Assembly: GCA_964106915.2 (NCBI GenBank) | Contig: OZ066917.1 | Strand: one strand, 5' to 3' | DNA: 64,000 bases | Source: Podarcis gaigeae | Lineage: Eukaryota | Shown: in pieces, positions 47,316 through 60,788 of the stretch | Layout of the letters: each line of letters starts with the position of its first letter | Numbering within the stretch: the stretch's first letter is position 1 | Made by a program: the position numbers and the translations under genes | The notes under the pieces: model-generated | Databases searched by the model: none | What the model saw: the letters and a program-made list of their open reading frames with translations, nothing else | Told to the model about the DNA's origin: nothing

Positions 47316-49535
47316 TTAGGTTTTATAGACCACTGCAAATGCCATCACAAAGTAATATATCACTGCAATGAGTTGTACTGGAAAGCTCAAGCAGACACAT
47401 ATATCACACTCACATACAAATGATATAATAAGTATTCATCAAAATATTCCAATCCAGATTTTTGAAAATTCTCAAACATATTTCCATGCCAAGAAGAGGA
47501 ATTCTTTAGAAGTTACAGTAAATTCCATTTAAGCATAACAGGGGGGAAAGTCCTTTGCAAATCAGTGGAGAGGCAAATTCTTTCCCGAAAAGTTCATAAA
47601 ACAAAACATGAACCATATATTTAAGTTCTGTTTCCCGCTGAGCCCACAGGCAGAGATGGATATTATTGAAATGATTAAGTTCATTTAACTGTCAAGCACG
47701 TTTGAAAACAATTTGTTAAATGTAGGGGGAGCATGTCATTGAACTCTGGAGCTCAGACTCTCTAATCCAGTGCTAGAGGCACATGGAAATACATCCAGAT
47801 ATTAATGTTTGTAGTTTTATATTAGGCATTTAAAGTCAAAGAGGGCAGTTTCATAGTAATGTGATATACCAGCTTAAATGGCGTCATTAAAACAACTTTG
47901 CCTCTGGTTTCTAGCCTTTTTTGTTGAACTGTGATAAGTACAGAGATCACCTTAAATCCCCGCATTTTCACTCAAACACCTGCACTGGCATGTATTCATA
48001 AAACTCTCCTATCACATTGTGCTCACTTTTATTAAATGTCTTCTGGAAGATTTTCTTCAGAGAGCCACTGTCTCACATGCCCCCAAGTTAATTAAAATGC
48101 TTTATTGAGATGCACAACATGGACCCACTAAACAGTGTCAGGCACTGTGTGACCTGGTGCCTCTGTGTTTGGGGTATCTGGTTATTGCTAAACTATTCCT
48201 TTTACAACCTCCCTCGTTCCTACATTGTGATTCAGCAGAGCTGCTGGGCCATTAATTAGTGCTTGGTTTTCTGAGAGCTTTTCTAATTCATGTTTTTAAA
48301 TGCCAGGCCCAACCACAAAGCTCTTTAGACCCATAATCTACAAAATAAAATTTGTGGCTCAATTTCTATTTGCCTAAATTTCATCTGTAATGAGAACGTG
48401 TCTGCTGAAGACATCTGTTTCAGCATGGCATCCTTTCATTTTAATGGCAAATAATAGAGTTCAGCTCCCTAAGATTAGAGGTTATAGGGTAGGCCTTTGA
48501 GCTGGCTTGGCTTCCTTGCTGAAATGTACTGCCAGCCAATTTAATATATGCAATAGAGGCCCAGCAACTAGCTGTTTTGTTCCCCCTTTGCATAACACCT
48601 CCCTCATTCCCCTCCTTGCAAAATAGCATGATCCTGTCTAAACACTTTGCTCCATAGCATTGTTGAACAGGGTGTCAGTATCTGCTTTTATGGAGTTGAC
48701 AATAATATTATTTCGTTTCAATGAAACACAGGGTAAATGAGGAGGAATCACAGCTAATTATACAGTTGAAAATATATACTCATACTGAAAGGGAATGTGG
48801 CTGCAGAAATCTGTCTGTCGTCTAACCCCATGTCTTTGGCTTTGTTGAAACCAGGGTTGTTTCACGTGTACTGTGATGTCTCTTTGTCTTGCCCTCAAAT
48901 GTTAAGAGGCCATCAAATAAAGAGCTGCCAGTTTAATCTTCCTTTCAAATTCCAAATCTGTTGTCCCATATACATATTCACTGGCTTTTCGAGATACATC
49001 TATACTCATGTATACTTCCAGGCTTTAAGGGTTTGCGGATGGAAACATGAGTGTAGCATTAGTGCTTCTGGCAGCAGTTTTAATGTATGGAACTCCCCCC
49101 AGAAATAAACCACACAGTGTGGTTTTATGCACCTTTATTCAAAAGCAGGGGAGGGTAATTTAATAGTGCAATGCTATACACATCTACCCAGAATCAAGTC
49201 TCATTGAGTTTAATGGGGCTTATTCCTGGGCAAGAATGTATATAATTGCAGCCTTTATCTTTTTTACTTACAGGGTAGGGTAGATAAGGCAGCTATTAAA
49301 ATCAGGGGGGCCCAACCATTAGGCAGAGTGAGGCATTTGCCTCCGGCAGCGGCTGCTAGGGATACATGGAGGTGATTTTCCTTCTCTTCTCTTCCCTTCC
49401 TGACTGATTTTATAGGATATGTGAGAGATGTAGCCACACTTGCTAAGCTTACTGAACCTTTTATGTGAATGTCAATGTTAGAAAACTGATAAATTCTCAG
49501 CCTTTCGGAATGCCAAATTTAATTATGACTATATA

Positions 49536-49783
49536 CAGTGGTACCTCGGGTTACAGACATTTCAGGTTAAAGGCGCTTCAGGTTACAGACTCCGCTAATC
49601 CAGAAATAGTACCTTGGGTTAAGAACTTTGCTTCAGCATAAGAACAGAAATTGTGTGGCGGCGGCACGGTGGTAGCGGCCGGCCCCATTAGCTAAAGTGG
49701 TACCTCAGGTTAAGAACAGTTTCAGGTTAAGAACGGACCACCGGAACAAATTACCGGTAAGTTCTTAACCTGAGGTACCACTG
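49536..49783. mobile_element. Tc1/mariner (pogo/Tigger-like) MITE, full length
   Basis: TA|CAGTGGTACCTCGGGTTA...TAACCTGAGGTACCACTG|TA; internal repeats of CAGGTTA; paralogue at 57480. Confidence 0.95.
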
Positions 49784-51619
49784 TACAGCCTTATACATTG
49801 TTATGAACATATCTATTTATAAATATTGGATATTATATTTTTGTCTGTTAGCTTTTAATTGATGTATTAGCCACTTTACTTATGCTTTTGTCTGGCGGTT
49901 TTATATGGTAATTTTCTTCAATCAATATATTCTATTTGCTATTCTCATATTTTTCTATATATTGTATTAGTAGTAATAAAATGTACACATACTGTATACA
50001 CCACTAAGTGTTTGCAGATGGGAACTTTGGTATTTGTACCGGTCTTCCTTCAGCAGCCTTAATACGTAGAGCAGCCCCTTGTGTAATTCCACAAAGGTCT
50101 ACTGAGACGTTCTGTTGTGTTCAATAGTAAAACAATGTAAGCTGCGTTGCATTGCTGCTTTAGATTAACTGATAATTATGTTGGATTTGCCTGACATGAG
50201 GGTGCCAATATAGAGGGAATTTTTGAGAAAGTAAAACAGGATCAGACATCTCAGGTTTTCTCGTTTCTTTTTCATGCACTAAATCCACAAGTACGCTAAC
50301 TCCATAGAAATAGTATTTATTTTGATTTTGGGATAAAGATTTTAGTTAAATACTGTGATTTATTTTTTTAAAAAAAAGAACAGTGAGAGTCCTGAACACA
50401 AAAGGGGGGGGGGGATCGTTGTCATTTCATTTGGCTTCTCTCAAAAGGCAATCCATCCAATAAGCCACTAAATACAACTACAAATGTACTAGGACACATA
50501 CAAATGAAGCTGTATAAAACCATTCACTAGAGATTCAAATACTATTGAATAAGCCTATATAAATCGGGTCTATAACATCTGAGCAGATAGCTCTGTCAAA
50601 ATCAATCTGTCCTGTTTCTTTAGCTGACTAAGCGGCAAACTTCTTAATGCAGAAAGAAAACTGACTAGGTCCTGCACCGTCTTTCTTTTTGTTTCAATGT
50701 TTTATGTGGAACTCATTGGGATTGTGAACTTTTGAATGAGAAGCAATATGGGGCTCCAAAAAAACATGATCTGTTACTCCTTCTGTCAGAATTCAGGATA
50801 TTTATATAAGAACAATTATTTTGATGTAAAACATATGACAAAGGATAAGCGAGTGAGTTACAAGGCTGGGGTGGGCAATAGCCAACATGGTGCTTTCAAA
50901 GTGTTGTTAGGCTCTAACTTCCATCAGGCCCAGCAAGTATAGTCAGGGATAATGGGAGTGGTCCTTTCCCTTGGGTAAGATCTGAACCTAAATTGGGCCG
51001 GGAGTGTGTGATGCAATCCTTCAAAGTGAATTGTAAAACATTTTGTTTTAATGACTTGGAGCTCCTATCTGCAACTTATGTTACTGCTACACACCAATTG
51101 GAAGTTCAGATGAACCCCCTCAAGCATTCGAAGAACGAAATGCTCCCTTCTTTGGCTTAGGCTTCTATGCAATTCCACATTGCCCTGCCTCCTAGGGCAA
51201 AGGTGACACCATGAGTGTTGTTGTGGCTGAAAGACAGAGTGACACAAATCCAGAAGACACAAATCATTTGGACCTGTTGGTGCTGCTAGGTTCTCCTCTC
51301 CATCTGAGGAAACATCTAAGAGGTAAGGGTGTATTTTAAACTGAACCCATATAGCTGAGAATTCACAGGTCTATGTGAACATTCCACAACTGAGAAAGGC
51401 CCTTCCTGCAAAGTAGAGCCACTCAATGTATGCTATTTCAGACTGTCCCTTTCTTATAAGAAGATTAAACAAATTCATATGGGATGGCTGTTGTGATGAC
51501 ACGTAAACATTCAAAGGCCACAAAATACCAGGTACTTGAATGTAGGGTGAAAAAGAGATGTTGCCTTCATGCTACTAAGTGTTCTTGACCACTGTGGGAA
51601 ACTGGATGCTGAACTAGAG

Positions 51620-51880
51620 AGACCTTTGATGCATAGTTGGTGGGAACATGAGAGAAAGTCTTCTTGGAGGTTGCTTCCAACCTCTGGAACTCCCCAAGTC
51701 ACTTATATGATGAGCTCCTACTGGCAGGCAAATACTGTTTTATTCAGACAGGTTGTTGGCCCCATATGCTGCATATATGCTGGAATTTGCTCAACTGGGT
51801 GTTTTTATCAGTTTTGAGGATGTGCTTTTTAATTTGTGGTTGTATTAAACACCATTTGGTGGAAAGACAGGTTACAGGTT
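51620..51880 (+). mobile_element. Degraded L2 3' fragment
   Basis: Frame-shifted VASNLWNSP and WQANTVLFRQ correspond to the L2 C-terminal motif seen at 9535-9840. Confidence 0.6.
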
Positions 51881-53112
51881 AGCAAACAAATAAAAAAGAC
51901 ATATTAGTCTGTTCCAGCAACTTTAATCTTCTCATTGCAATGTGATAAAAATAAAATTATAAAGCATCTATCATTGCCCAAGTTTCAGAATCATTACATC
52001 TCTGAAACACCATGGTAATTTGAAGCAAATTAGCTAATTTGAGCTCTGTTCCATTAGGCAAAATCATAGTCTCAACTGAGATTTTCCACTCTGTTTCAAA
52101 ACATTCCCTTTGAACCAAAATTTCACTGTTTGGTCACATCCCTCCATTGAAATGTTTCACCCCTTCAAATCCAATATGACTTTAAATTCTTCTTTGGTGT
52201 CCCCTGTACTCTATTTTATTGAATCTTGGATCTATTTCCTCTATGAACAAGACTATAATTTTAATGTTTTAAAATCTGGCTTGCTTTTCTTAACTCTTAT
52301 ACTAATATTAGCTTTAGTTAAATTTTAATGAATCCACTTTTATAGAAACCAGCTGCAGAAAATGGCTATAGTACTGTAGAAAACACAATTTGCCACCAAG
52401 TAAGTCAATTTTAGTAGATCCCTGTTGTGTCTTATACTAACTGAGTTATGATCCCTATCTGAGCCTAGCAATATTCTTTCAAGTAATAACGGTAGTATTT
52501 TAACTTCCTTTTTGTGAACATTTTATTAATTTCTTTGCAGAATTTTTATTGTATTGTTATCACTGTTCTACTTCAGCTGGCTCATGAAACACAGAGGCTA
52601 CACAATATTTTCTCACTGTCTTTCCGATTCCTAGTCTTCTATAGCATAAGCTCAAAAATATATATTTTAAGCATTTGTTGGGAGAGTATCCCTATTATCA
52701 CGGTGCTCAACAAGCAAAGAATGGGAAACAGTTTTGAACATTACTGAAGGTTGATGCATATGTTACCAGAAAAGCCATGAATGGTAACTTGGTCATGCCA
52801 GTGACACTCCTGGCAGCATTAGAAGGAAACTAATGATGTGGGTGGGTCTGGTATTGTGGGCAGAGCAGAGCAATACTGGCATCGGAAATAATTACAATGC
52901 CAGATAACAGGCTCTCTTGAAGCACTGTTCAGAGCAATGTATAAACAGACAAGTCATAGCAGTTCTTACAACCCCTGCTATTGACATATGAACTAGTTCT
53001 GAATGTGATCTGAAGGGACACAGGAAGTATAAATTACTTTGTGCTTCCTGTTTTCCACACTTATTTATAATGTACTATCTGTTACTCATGACATTTCTAG
53101 CCACATATAAAA

Positions 53113-53478
53113 GGACGCACGTGGTGCTGTGGTCTAAACCACTGAGCCTCTTAGGCCTGCTGATCAGAAGTTGACAGTTCGAATCCACGTGAGCTCCCGG
53201 TGCTCTGTCCCAGCTCCTGCCAACCTAGCAGTTCAAAAGCACCCCAGTGCAAGTAAGTAAATAGGTACCGCTGCAGTGGAAAGGTAAACAGCATTTATGT
53301 GCGCTCTGGCACTCATCATGGCCCTCCTTGTGCCAGTAGCGGTTTAATCATGCTGGCTACATGACCCGGAAAGCTGTCTGCGGACAAACACCCAGCTCCC
53401 TCGGCCTGAAAACCAAGATAAACACTGCACCCCATAGTCGCCTTTGACTGGACTTAACCGTCTGGGGTCCTTTACCTT
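53113..53478 (+). mobile_element. Sauria SINE, full length with TSD
   Basis: GGACGCACGTGGTGCTGTGGTCTAAACC head, CCTTTACCTTT tail; TSD TAG(C/T)CACATATAAA at 53098-53111 and 53479-53492. Confidence 0.95.
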
Positions 53479-54559
53479 TAGTCACATATAAAGGAATGAA
53501 TCTGGCATAACTAGACCCCAATATGGAAACAAATCAAGATACAAACATTTTACAATGGAGGTTTTACATTCCTAAATAAGGTAGATAGCAAGCAAGATCA
53601 AGGCAATGTCAACAGTAGGTGAATTGCAATCTTCAACGAACGTTCTTCAGGAACACGGTCCATTCTCAAGAGTTCTATATTTTAAACCCTGAGTTAAGTA
53701 TTTCCTTGGTATGTGTAGTTTGAAACTGAGTACAGAATGTATAATCCAATTCCTACTGAAATTTTAACATGGGTTGTGTTGATTGTAATAGGAAATATAT
53801 GACCGATTGCTGTTTTACTTGGAATTTTGTTACAGCACAATGTCATTCACATTTACTCAGAACTAAACATCATTGAGTTAATGGGATTTACTCCAAGGTA
53901 AGGCTGTACATTATTTTGGAAATGTCAAGCAGCATTGACAATATGCTTACATCGCATTGTTAGGCTCATAGTTTACAGGAGACTATGATCCTAAAAGACA
54001 CCATCCATCTATGATTTATTTCCTTTTCAATTAGTTTGTCAGTTTAAAGAAAAATATTTTCTTTTCCTTTGTACTGCACATTTTAAAAACTGCATTAAAC
54101 TGTTTAAAAAGACATGATAGCCTGCTTTAGTTTCAGTTACTGGTGGCACTGCCACTACTGGGTTTTTATTATGTAAATTGCTGCAATCTGGTTAGTTCCT
54201 TCCTCTTTTTTCTGTTACAAAAGGGGGCTGCAAGTGCTAATCAAAGTGTTGCAATTTCCATATTAATGATGTTTTCATAATGACACTTACTTGATATGCA
54301 GTGTGAATGGAGTGGTGACTTTTTATTCTTCTTCAAAGAGACAATAATAAAATGTTAATTTTTATGAAATAAAGCATGTTTGTTTTGAAACTCGTAGCAA
54401 TTGTCCAGTACTATTGTTCCCCTACCAGTAATGTGTAATAAAGCATTTCTAATTTAAACACAGCAACAAGCTATAGAGTGCTCTTGTTAACACACACTAT
54501 GACCCAGTCTGTACTATTCTCAAACCATGGCTTATTGAACAAACTAACCAAATCACCCT

Positions 54560-54975
54560 GCTGAGATCCTGAGGGCCCTACTGCTGCCTCTCTCCACCTG
54601 GCCCAGGGTGGACTGCTTCATAAGAACTTCTTCTGCTGTCCAGCAGAGAGGGCCTCTTCTTCTAAATTGTTTTTATATCCTTGTATTTATTTTTTAGTGT
54701 ATTAATTGTTTTTAATTGAGTTGTAAGGGCATTTGTGGGATATGACTGGGGATATGACTGAGAGGAGCTGGGGAGGGCAGGGAGAGGTCCAGTTACGGTG
54801 GTTCTGGGTAGGGGGAGGTATGGCGTGGGAGGTGGGGCAGGCCAGATAAGGGGCACATGGCACAGGCAGTTAGTGGCTGTACCGTGGGCCAACCCCTCTT
54901 CCAACCTAGGGAATTGTGGTTGTCATATCATTCAGCCCTCGGGTCTGCAACTGCTGCTGTTCAATGCCAGGATCT
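54560..54975 (+). mobile_element. L2 LINE 5' region up to start of the endonuclease domain
   Basis: VVLGRGRYG...RQLVAVP...GLQLLLFNAR resembles the squamate L2 ORF2 N-terminus ending in the APE motif LLNARS; left boundary uncertain. Confidence 0.7.
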
Positions 54976-56219
54976 TCTGCCTGACACCAGCTACTGGCCA
55001 AGGGAACAGCTGCTGTTGGGAACGCTGCTTATCTCCTCTTTTATACATGGAAGTTTGCTGCAACTACATGTTGCTTTCAGTCTACAAACTCAGAGCAAAG
55101 CATCACAGTTTTTGGCCACAGGAAGGGGCTGCTGGTAGGCTTTTAATTTATACACAATTTCAATATCACTAGCACTTTAAAATACTAAGATTCACTATTT
55201 CAGCTTTTCCAAACACCTCCAAAATTTTAATGAAAGAGATAGCCTTTCCATAAGATGACAATCATCTCCCTGCAAAAAGAGCTGGCAAGCATAGTTTGAG
55301 TTCCAGCTTGCGCATATGTTAAAGCATTTAATCTTTTATCTACTGTGAGCAAAAGTTGCATTGTGGTTTAGCCTGGTCATGTGAATCCACATCCATATTT
55401 TGTACAACATGCTTTTGGAAAATTCAGCCGTAATATCCTTCATTGTGGTAGGCAGTTTCTCCAGGTCATCTGTTCAGTATATCAAGGATCATGGAATGTT
55501 TGTCTGCAGCAATGCCTTTACCTAACATTTCAAATAAAAGACTGCAGTCAGCCGTTTCTAAGGAAAACAAATTCACTGAATCACACTATTTGTTACTTAT
55601 TATTGAGCATCGAATAGCTCACCAAAGTTCTTTGTCGAAATACCTGAAACAGGCCATCAGAGTCAAAATGATATAGAGTCCTGTAATGCTGTGTTACAGT
55701 TTTTCTATTTTCATGAAGCAATTGTGGCTCTGAAAGAAAAGAATAAAACTACAGCCAGGTTATTTGTACCTGGTGGATTCGTTCAGCTTTCAACAAAATC
55801 AGCAAAAGAACTGGAGGAAAAACAGAAGGTTACAAAGCATCCCAGGAATTTATGAAGTGAAAAGGGAAATAATGACTTTCTAGCAAATAATACCATGTAT
55901 TTTTATCATTTCCACTGCTTGGGTTACAGTAACAAGAAGGGGGTCAGCTTTTTGTGATAGCCACCTTACCTACTGTTCTTTGAAAACTCCAAGTGATGTA
56001 ATTTGACTAAATTTGGGAGAGTCAGGGATTAAGATTGCCCTACCTTTTCCTTCATAATTAATTCAGACAATTTCCACAAATTGACTACAACCCCCCCAAA
56101 AAAATTTCTATTGGGGGGGGGGACTTATCTAGAGTGAAGAGATTGAATGCTGAAATCCAAAGAATCTCAAATTAACATCCCCAAACCCAACAGGGTCCAA
56201 TTCACTCCAAACCAGTGCC

Positions 56220-56656
56220 AAAGTTTGACCTGAGGTTTAGTCGGAATCTCCTTTCTTCTAACTTGAAGCTATCAGTTCAAGTCCTAGCCCCCAGTGTAGG
56301 CCAAAACAAGCTTGCTCATCTTTCATGTAACAGCACTTTTCCAAATCCCTCAATAAAGCTTGGTCACCCACCTCTGCACACGTTCTTCTAAAATTGTGGT
56401 GCCCAAAACTGGACACAGTGCTCCAGGTGGGATCTGAACAAGGCAGAATAAGTTAGTACTATTACTTCCCTTGATCAGGACACTATGCTTCTGTTGATGC
56501 AGTCTAGAATAGCATTAACTTTTTTTTAACTGATGCATCACACTGCTGACTCACATAAAGTTTGGGATCTAAGTCCCCTACATCCGTTTTACATGTACTA
56601 CTGGTAAGCCAGGTGCCCCCCATCTCATCATTGTGCACCTAGTTCTTCCTGCCTAG
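56220..56656 (-). mobile_element. CR1 LINE internal fragment
   Basis: Minus strand encodes HLEHCVQFWAPQF (CR1 LEYCVQFWxP motif) and SQQCDA; homologous to 39375-40037. Confidence 0.85.
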
Positions 56657-56718
56657 GGATTTGAGAGCAGGCTTCCCTGGTCATATTCCTACATTCCAAC
56701 CACTGCGCCACACTGGCT
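56657..56718 (-). mobile_element. tRNA-derived SINE head fragment
   Basis: Minus strand AGCCAGTGTGGCGCAGTGGTT (A box)...TCAAATCC (decayed B box). Confidence 0.5.
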
Positions 56719-57479
56719 TTCTGTAAAATTAAGCAATAGCTTTTTTATGTGCTAATGAGTGCTCACAAATTACACAGATCACTTGGTGCTAACTTGGAAA
56801 TAATACTCTTGAAAAGAAGACATTTCACACATTCATTGAGTGAACAAGAAGATCATGATAGGTCAAGTGAAGCACATGTATGTGTGAGCTGGTTCCAATT
56901 CTAAGGATAAAATGATGGATGATGGCCTGAACATATTTGGAAAAAATATTCAGTAGAGTGCAGGTGTAACAGTGAAAGATACTGCATCATTTGCAGACAT
57001 TGTAATAAATCTTCATTTCAATCCAGTCTTGCTGAAGATTTGTTCAAAGGATCGATCAATAGACCATATAGTTTTAATTAATGAATCCTGAAGACTGAAT
57101 TGGATGAACTGACCACTCTTGCAGACTAATGTGGGCACTGAAATTAATATTGGTATCCAATACCAGCCCTGGTCCATCAGCAATTCAATGAAAAAAAGCA
57201 TATCTTGTTCATCCAAAGGTTTAAAATGCTGCTGCTGGTGGTCCGTTGTGCGGCATTCTATGGCTTGTTTATTAATAGAACAGAAAGTGTTCTATTAAAT
57301 TAAGAAAACATGGTTCAGCATGTTGTGTTATGGAGTTTTCCATGTTCACTCAAGTTCCAGAATGCTGGGAAATTGCAGGTGTCAATGACAGCAATATGAA
57401 TGCGGTATGGAATCTTGTGTTCAAGCCTGATCTCTACCTTGGCAGAATGGTGGACCCAACTCTCAGATTTGTATGTTTA

Positions 57480-57704
57480 CAGTGGTACCTCGGGTTACAT
57501 ATGCTTCAGGTTACATATGCTTCAGGTTACAGACTCTGCTAACCCAGAAATAGTACCTTGGGTTAAGAACTTTGCTTCAGGATGAGAACAGAAATCATGC
57601 AGCGGCGGCACGGCAGCAGCAGGAGACCCCATTAGCTAAAGTGATGCTTCAGGTTAAGAACGGAACTTCAGAACGAATTAAGTATGTAACCAGAGGTACC
57701 ACTG
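57480..57704. mobile_element. Tc1/mariner (pogo/Tigger-like) MITE, full length
   Basis: TA|CAGTGGTACCTCGGGTTAC...GTAACCAGAGGTACCACTG|TA; same family as 49536-49783. Confidence 0.95.
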
Positions 57705-59689
57705 TACTGGAACAGATTTGGAAAGGATTTGTCTTTTCACTGGAATAGGCACATGGAGTCCATGCAACTGAAGCTAATATCTTATACCTATTAAGTGGTT
57801 AATTTATTAAGTGAAAAATAAAGAGTCAAAACTCTTATGAGAATATCAAAGGGAATTTTATCTGAAAATGTTCATGTGTCTTCTGCTATTTTGGAATTCT
57901 CCCTCATCTCACAGAAAGCATAATTTAGTTTGAGAGGCGTGGAATGGGGAAAATATAAAATATTCTACTGATGCATTCCCCCCCCCCCCATACTAAGTAC
58001 CTAGTTATACTAAGTACATAGTTAAGAATTTCTGCCTGATGCATGCATAAAATGCACTATGTTCACCAAGAATTTCTCTGTGATGCATCCTTAAAACACA
58101 AAGTGCTCCCTCACCACTAAAAAGTGTAACGAATGTCCAGGCAGAAATTATACATTCACATCTTCCCAAATGCTTGCTGCAAACACATACAATTAATTTT
58201 TTGCTTTTAAAGCACTTCGGTTAACACAGCCCAATCAACTGTTTGCTCTGTAGAGGATAACATGTATTAATTGGTTTGATCTGCCTAGCCATTTAAGGGT
58301 TAAATACAAGTTTATGGGATCATCAGCCCCAGGATTGTTTGTTCTTACAGTTTTCAAAATAAACAGAACTTCACTTGCTTTTTCTTTGTGTATGTTTTCA
58401 TATCAGTTGGGATATCTCCACATTTAACATTAAATCTATGCATTGTTCCCCTTGCAGTATTCAGGTCCACATGCATGAAATACAAGTAAAATGCTTTTTT
58501 CACTAGTTTCCTTGTTATTTTGTTTGTTTCTTTCATTTATTGAGAAAAGAGAAAATATTGTTAACAACTTAGAACTCTTTCTCTAAAAAAAATCAAGTCG
58601 TTTTTCTTCATAATAGTATGATACTGAAAATACAGAAATATCTGAAACTTTCAAATGATGTGGAAAAGAAAATGTGATAAAATTAGTCACAAGTTTCATA
58701 TGTGGAAGGAAGAGAAAAAAGACCCACATGGGGGGGGGGGGAGTGAGCTGACAGCCTTAAAAATTGCCCTAATTGAGAATGGGAATATGAGACACATCTA
58801 GCCACTTCCAGGGCCTTGAAAGGATTGGCATTCCATCTTTTGGTTCTGTATTATGAACAAACCTGGAATCTTTTTGACCTTGTGAATTCAGCTTGAGCCA
58901 AGCTGAGTTGAAAACCTTAAATCAAGATCCTGTCAGAATGTGATGATTCTTGAAAGAATGATAACCTGCAGATAAGGCAAAATGAAATTTAGTTGGCTCT
59001 TGTAATGGCTTGGACCTACTCTAGGAATGGAAATGTCAATCATGTGGCCTCCTTCCAAGGTTAAATGGGAAGTTGTGCTTGACTTCATAGATGGAGTCCT
59101 TTGGCTATTGCTTCCCTCACATTTGGCACAAAAGAGGACAGAAGAAAGGTATGTTAAAAGGAAAGGATAAATGACCAGGTAACATGAAATACGGTTTTTT
59201 TTTGGGGGGGGGGGGTCTTGAATGGACCATATTTGAGAGATGTGGCCAAAACTGATAGGAGGAAGAACAGTTTGCAAACCAAGACATTTGCTAATATCTC
59301 AAAAACCTGCTCTTTTTATATACAGACTGGGGCTAAAGGGACATTATTTTCACACTGCTAGCAATTCTAGCAATGCAGGATATATTTTTTTAATGCCGTC
59401 CTGCTTGAATATTTTCATGTTTTGAATAATGCTGTTTCAAGAATCAATCATATTATTCCCTAGAAGGTTTGTAATTCAGAGATTACCAGAAATTCAAAAA
59501 CTTGGGCAGAGTGTATTTGAGGGAGCAACATAAATGCTTCCTTGGGTGTCCTAATGCTCTGTGGGGTGCTGCTGTTACTGTGGACAATACACCACCACTA
59601 ATGCAAGCACAGGTTTTGGTAGTAAAAGTCTTCTCATATCCAATTGTAGAAATTTGGATGACTATTTACATTGCTCAGGCAGGTTGGAC

Positions 59690-60110
59690 CTACCAAGGTG
59701 TCCTTGGTACTTATGATGAAATCACCCAATACCACATCTGGGGGTTTTCCCAAGAGAACTTCTGAAATTTCTTTCCTGAGCTGGCAGAAGCAGACTGCTG
59801 AGCAGTGAAGTGGATGGAACACTAAAAGAACACTCACTCTGACTCTCGGGCCCAACACCAGGTACAAGCATCACTCTTGGTCCCCAGGAAGTCTGGTTGT
59901 CTGACAGAAGCAGTGGAATTCCAATGCATTGTGGCAGCCCAAATAACCTGATTCTCCTGTCTCTGCTGGTGCTGAACCAAGTACACTGGGGACATAGCTA
60001 ATTGAGATCAGGTGATCTACAAAGGTCTTGATAATATATGCCAGGTCAGTCCCCTCAATTAAATTATGGATGAGTGATGCATTCACCAACATTACTGCTA
60101 CTATGGAGTG
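59690..60110 (-). mobile_element. L2 LINE APE-endonuclease fragment
   Basis: Minus ORFs SLIHNLIEGTDLAYIIKT and VLLVFHP...EISEVLLGKPPDVVLGDF match APE motifs DLxxITETW, LVYRPP and VLGDFN. Confidence 0.8.
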
Positions 60111-60458
60111 CTGGTTAGAACGACAACACAGCTGCTGAAGGAGGTGGCAGATTACAGTATCTAACAGTAATTAGGGCTCCCTGCCACCTATCTCTTAAAT
60201 TCAACACAAACAATGCTATATTTTCTGTCACAGGGTTGCTGAAACATTTGGCTTGCTTTTGTTATGAGCAACAGACTTAAAAGAAAGGGCTTATAGTATT
60301 AAAATTTTTAGGGTGCTGTCCTTCAACCTCTCAATTTTCATCAGCAGACTGATGCCTTTCAATGCAAATAAAGTTGAAATAAAGCTCAAAGTTCCTGATA
60401 TGGCATTGTATGTTATTTTATATAGATACATCACCTGCCCTTCCAAACTTTTTTGTAA

Positions 60459-60563
60459 AGTTTTTGTCTTATAAAATGGAGCTTCCAGAATTTAACTTGA
60501 AGAGAGAGAGGCAGTTTTTGTCTTATAAAATGGAGCTTCCAGAATTTAACTTGAAGAGAGAGA
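60459..60563. repeat. Exact tandem duplication, 51 bp, period 54
   Basis: 60459-60509 identical to 60513-60563. Confidence 0.97.
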
Positions 60564-60645
60564 TAGCCGTGCTTCGCAAGACGAAAAAACCGCAAGATGA
60601 AGAGACTCGCGGAACGGATTAATTTCGTCTTGCGAGGCACCACTG
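60564..60645. mobile_element. One end of a Tc1/mariner MITE
   Basis: CpG-rich, ...GGAACGGATTAATTTCGTCTTGCGAGGCACCACTG|TA; same terminal pattern as other CAGTGG MITEs. Confidence 0.8.
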
Positions 60646-60788
60646 TACTAGGGACGGAAAGAGTAGCTTCCGCCCCCTCCTTTTTCACAGACAGAAAGTA
60701 AAACAAACATGATCTGGTGATCCTTGCAATGGGAGGGATGAAAATACTGACATTCTCTCTTTTCTTTTCAGCATAGGTTAAAAACATA

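Noticed and set aside
20800-58025. Small tandem duplications (20256-20285, 20803-20833, 23469-23498, 57990-58024)
   Set aside because: 14-18 bp duplications are ordinary slippage products with no further structure.
8847-60160. TACAGTA/TACTGTA heptamers as excision footprints of the CAG-ended MITEs
   Set aside because: Their number looks compatible with chance in AT-rich DNA by rough estimate; none could be shown to be an insertion.
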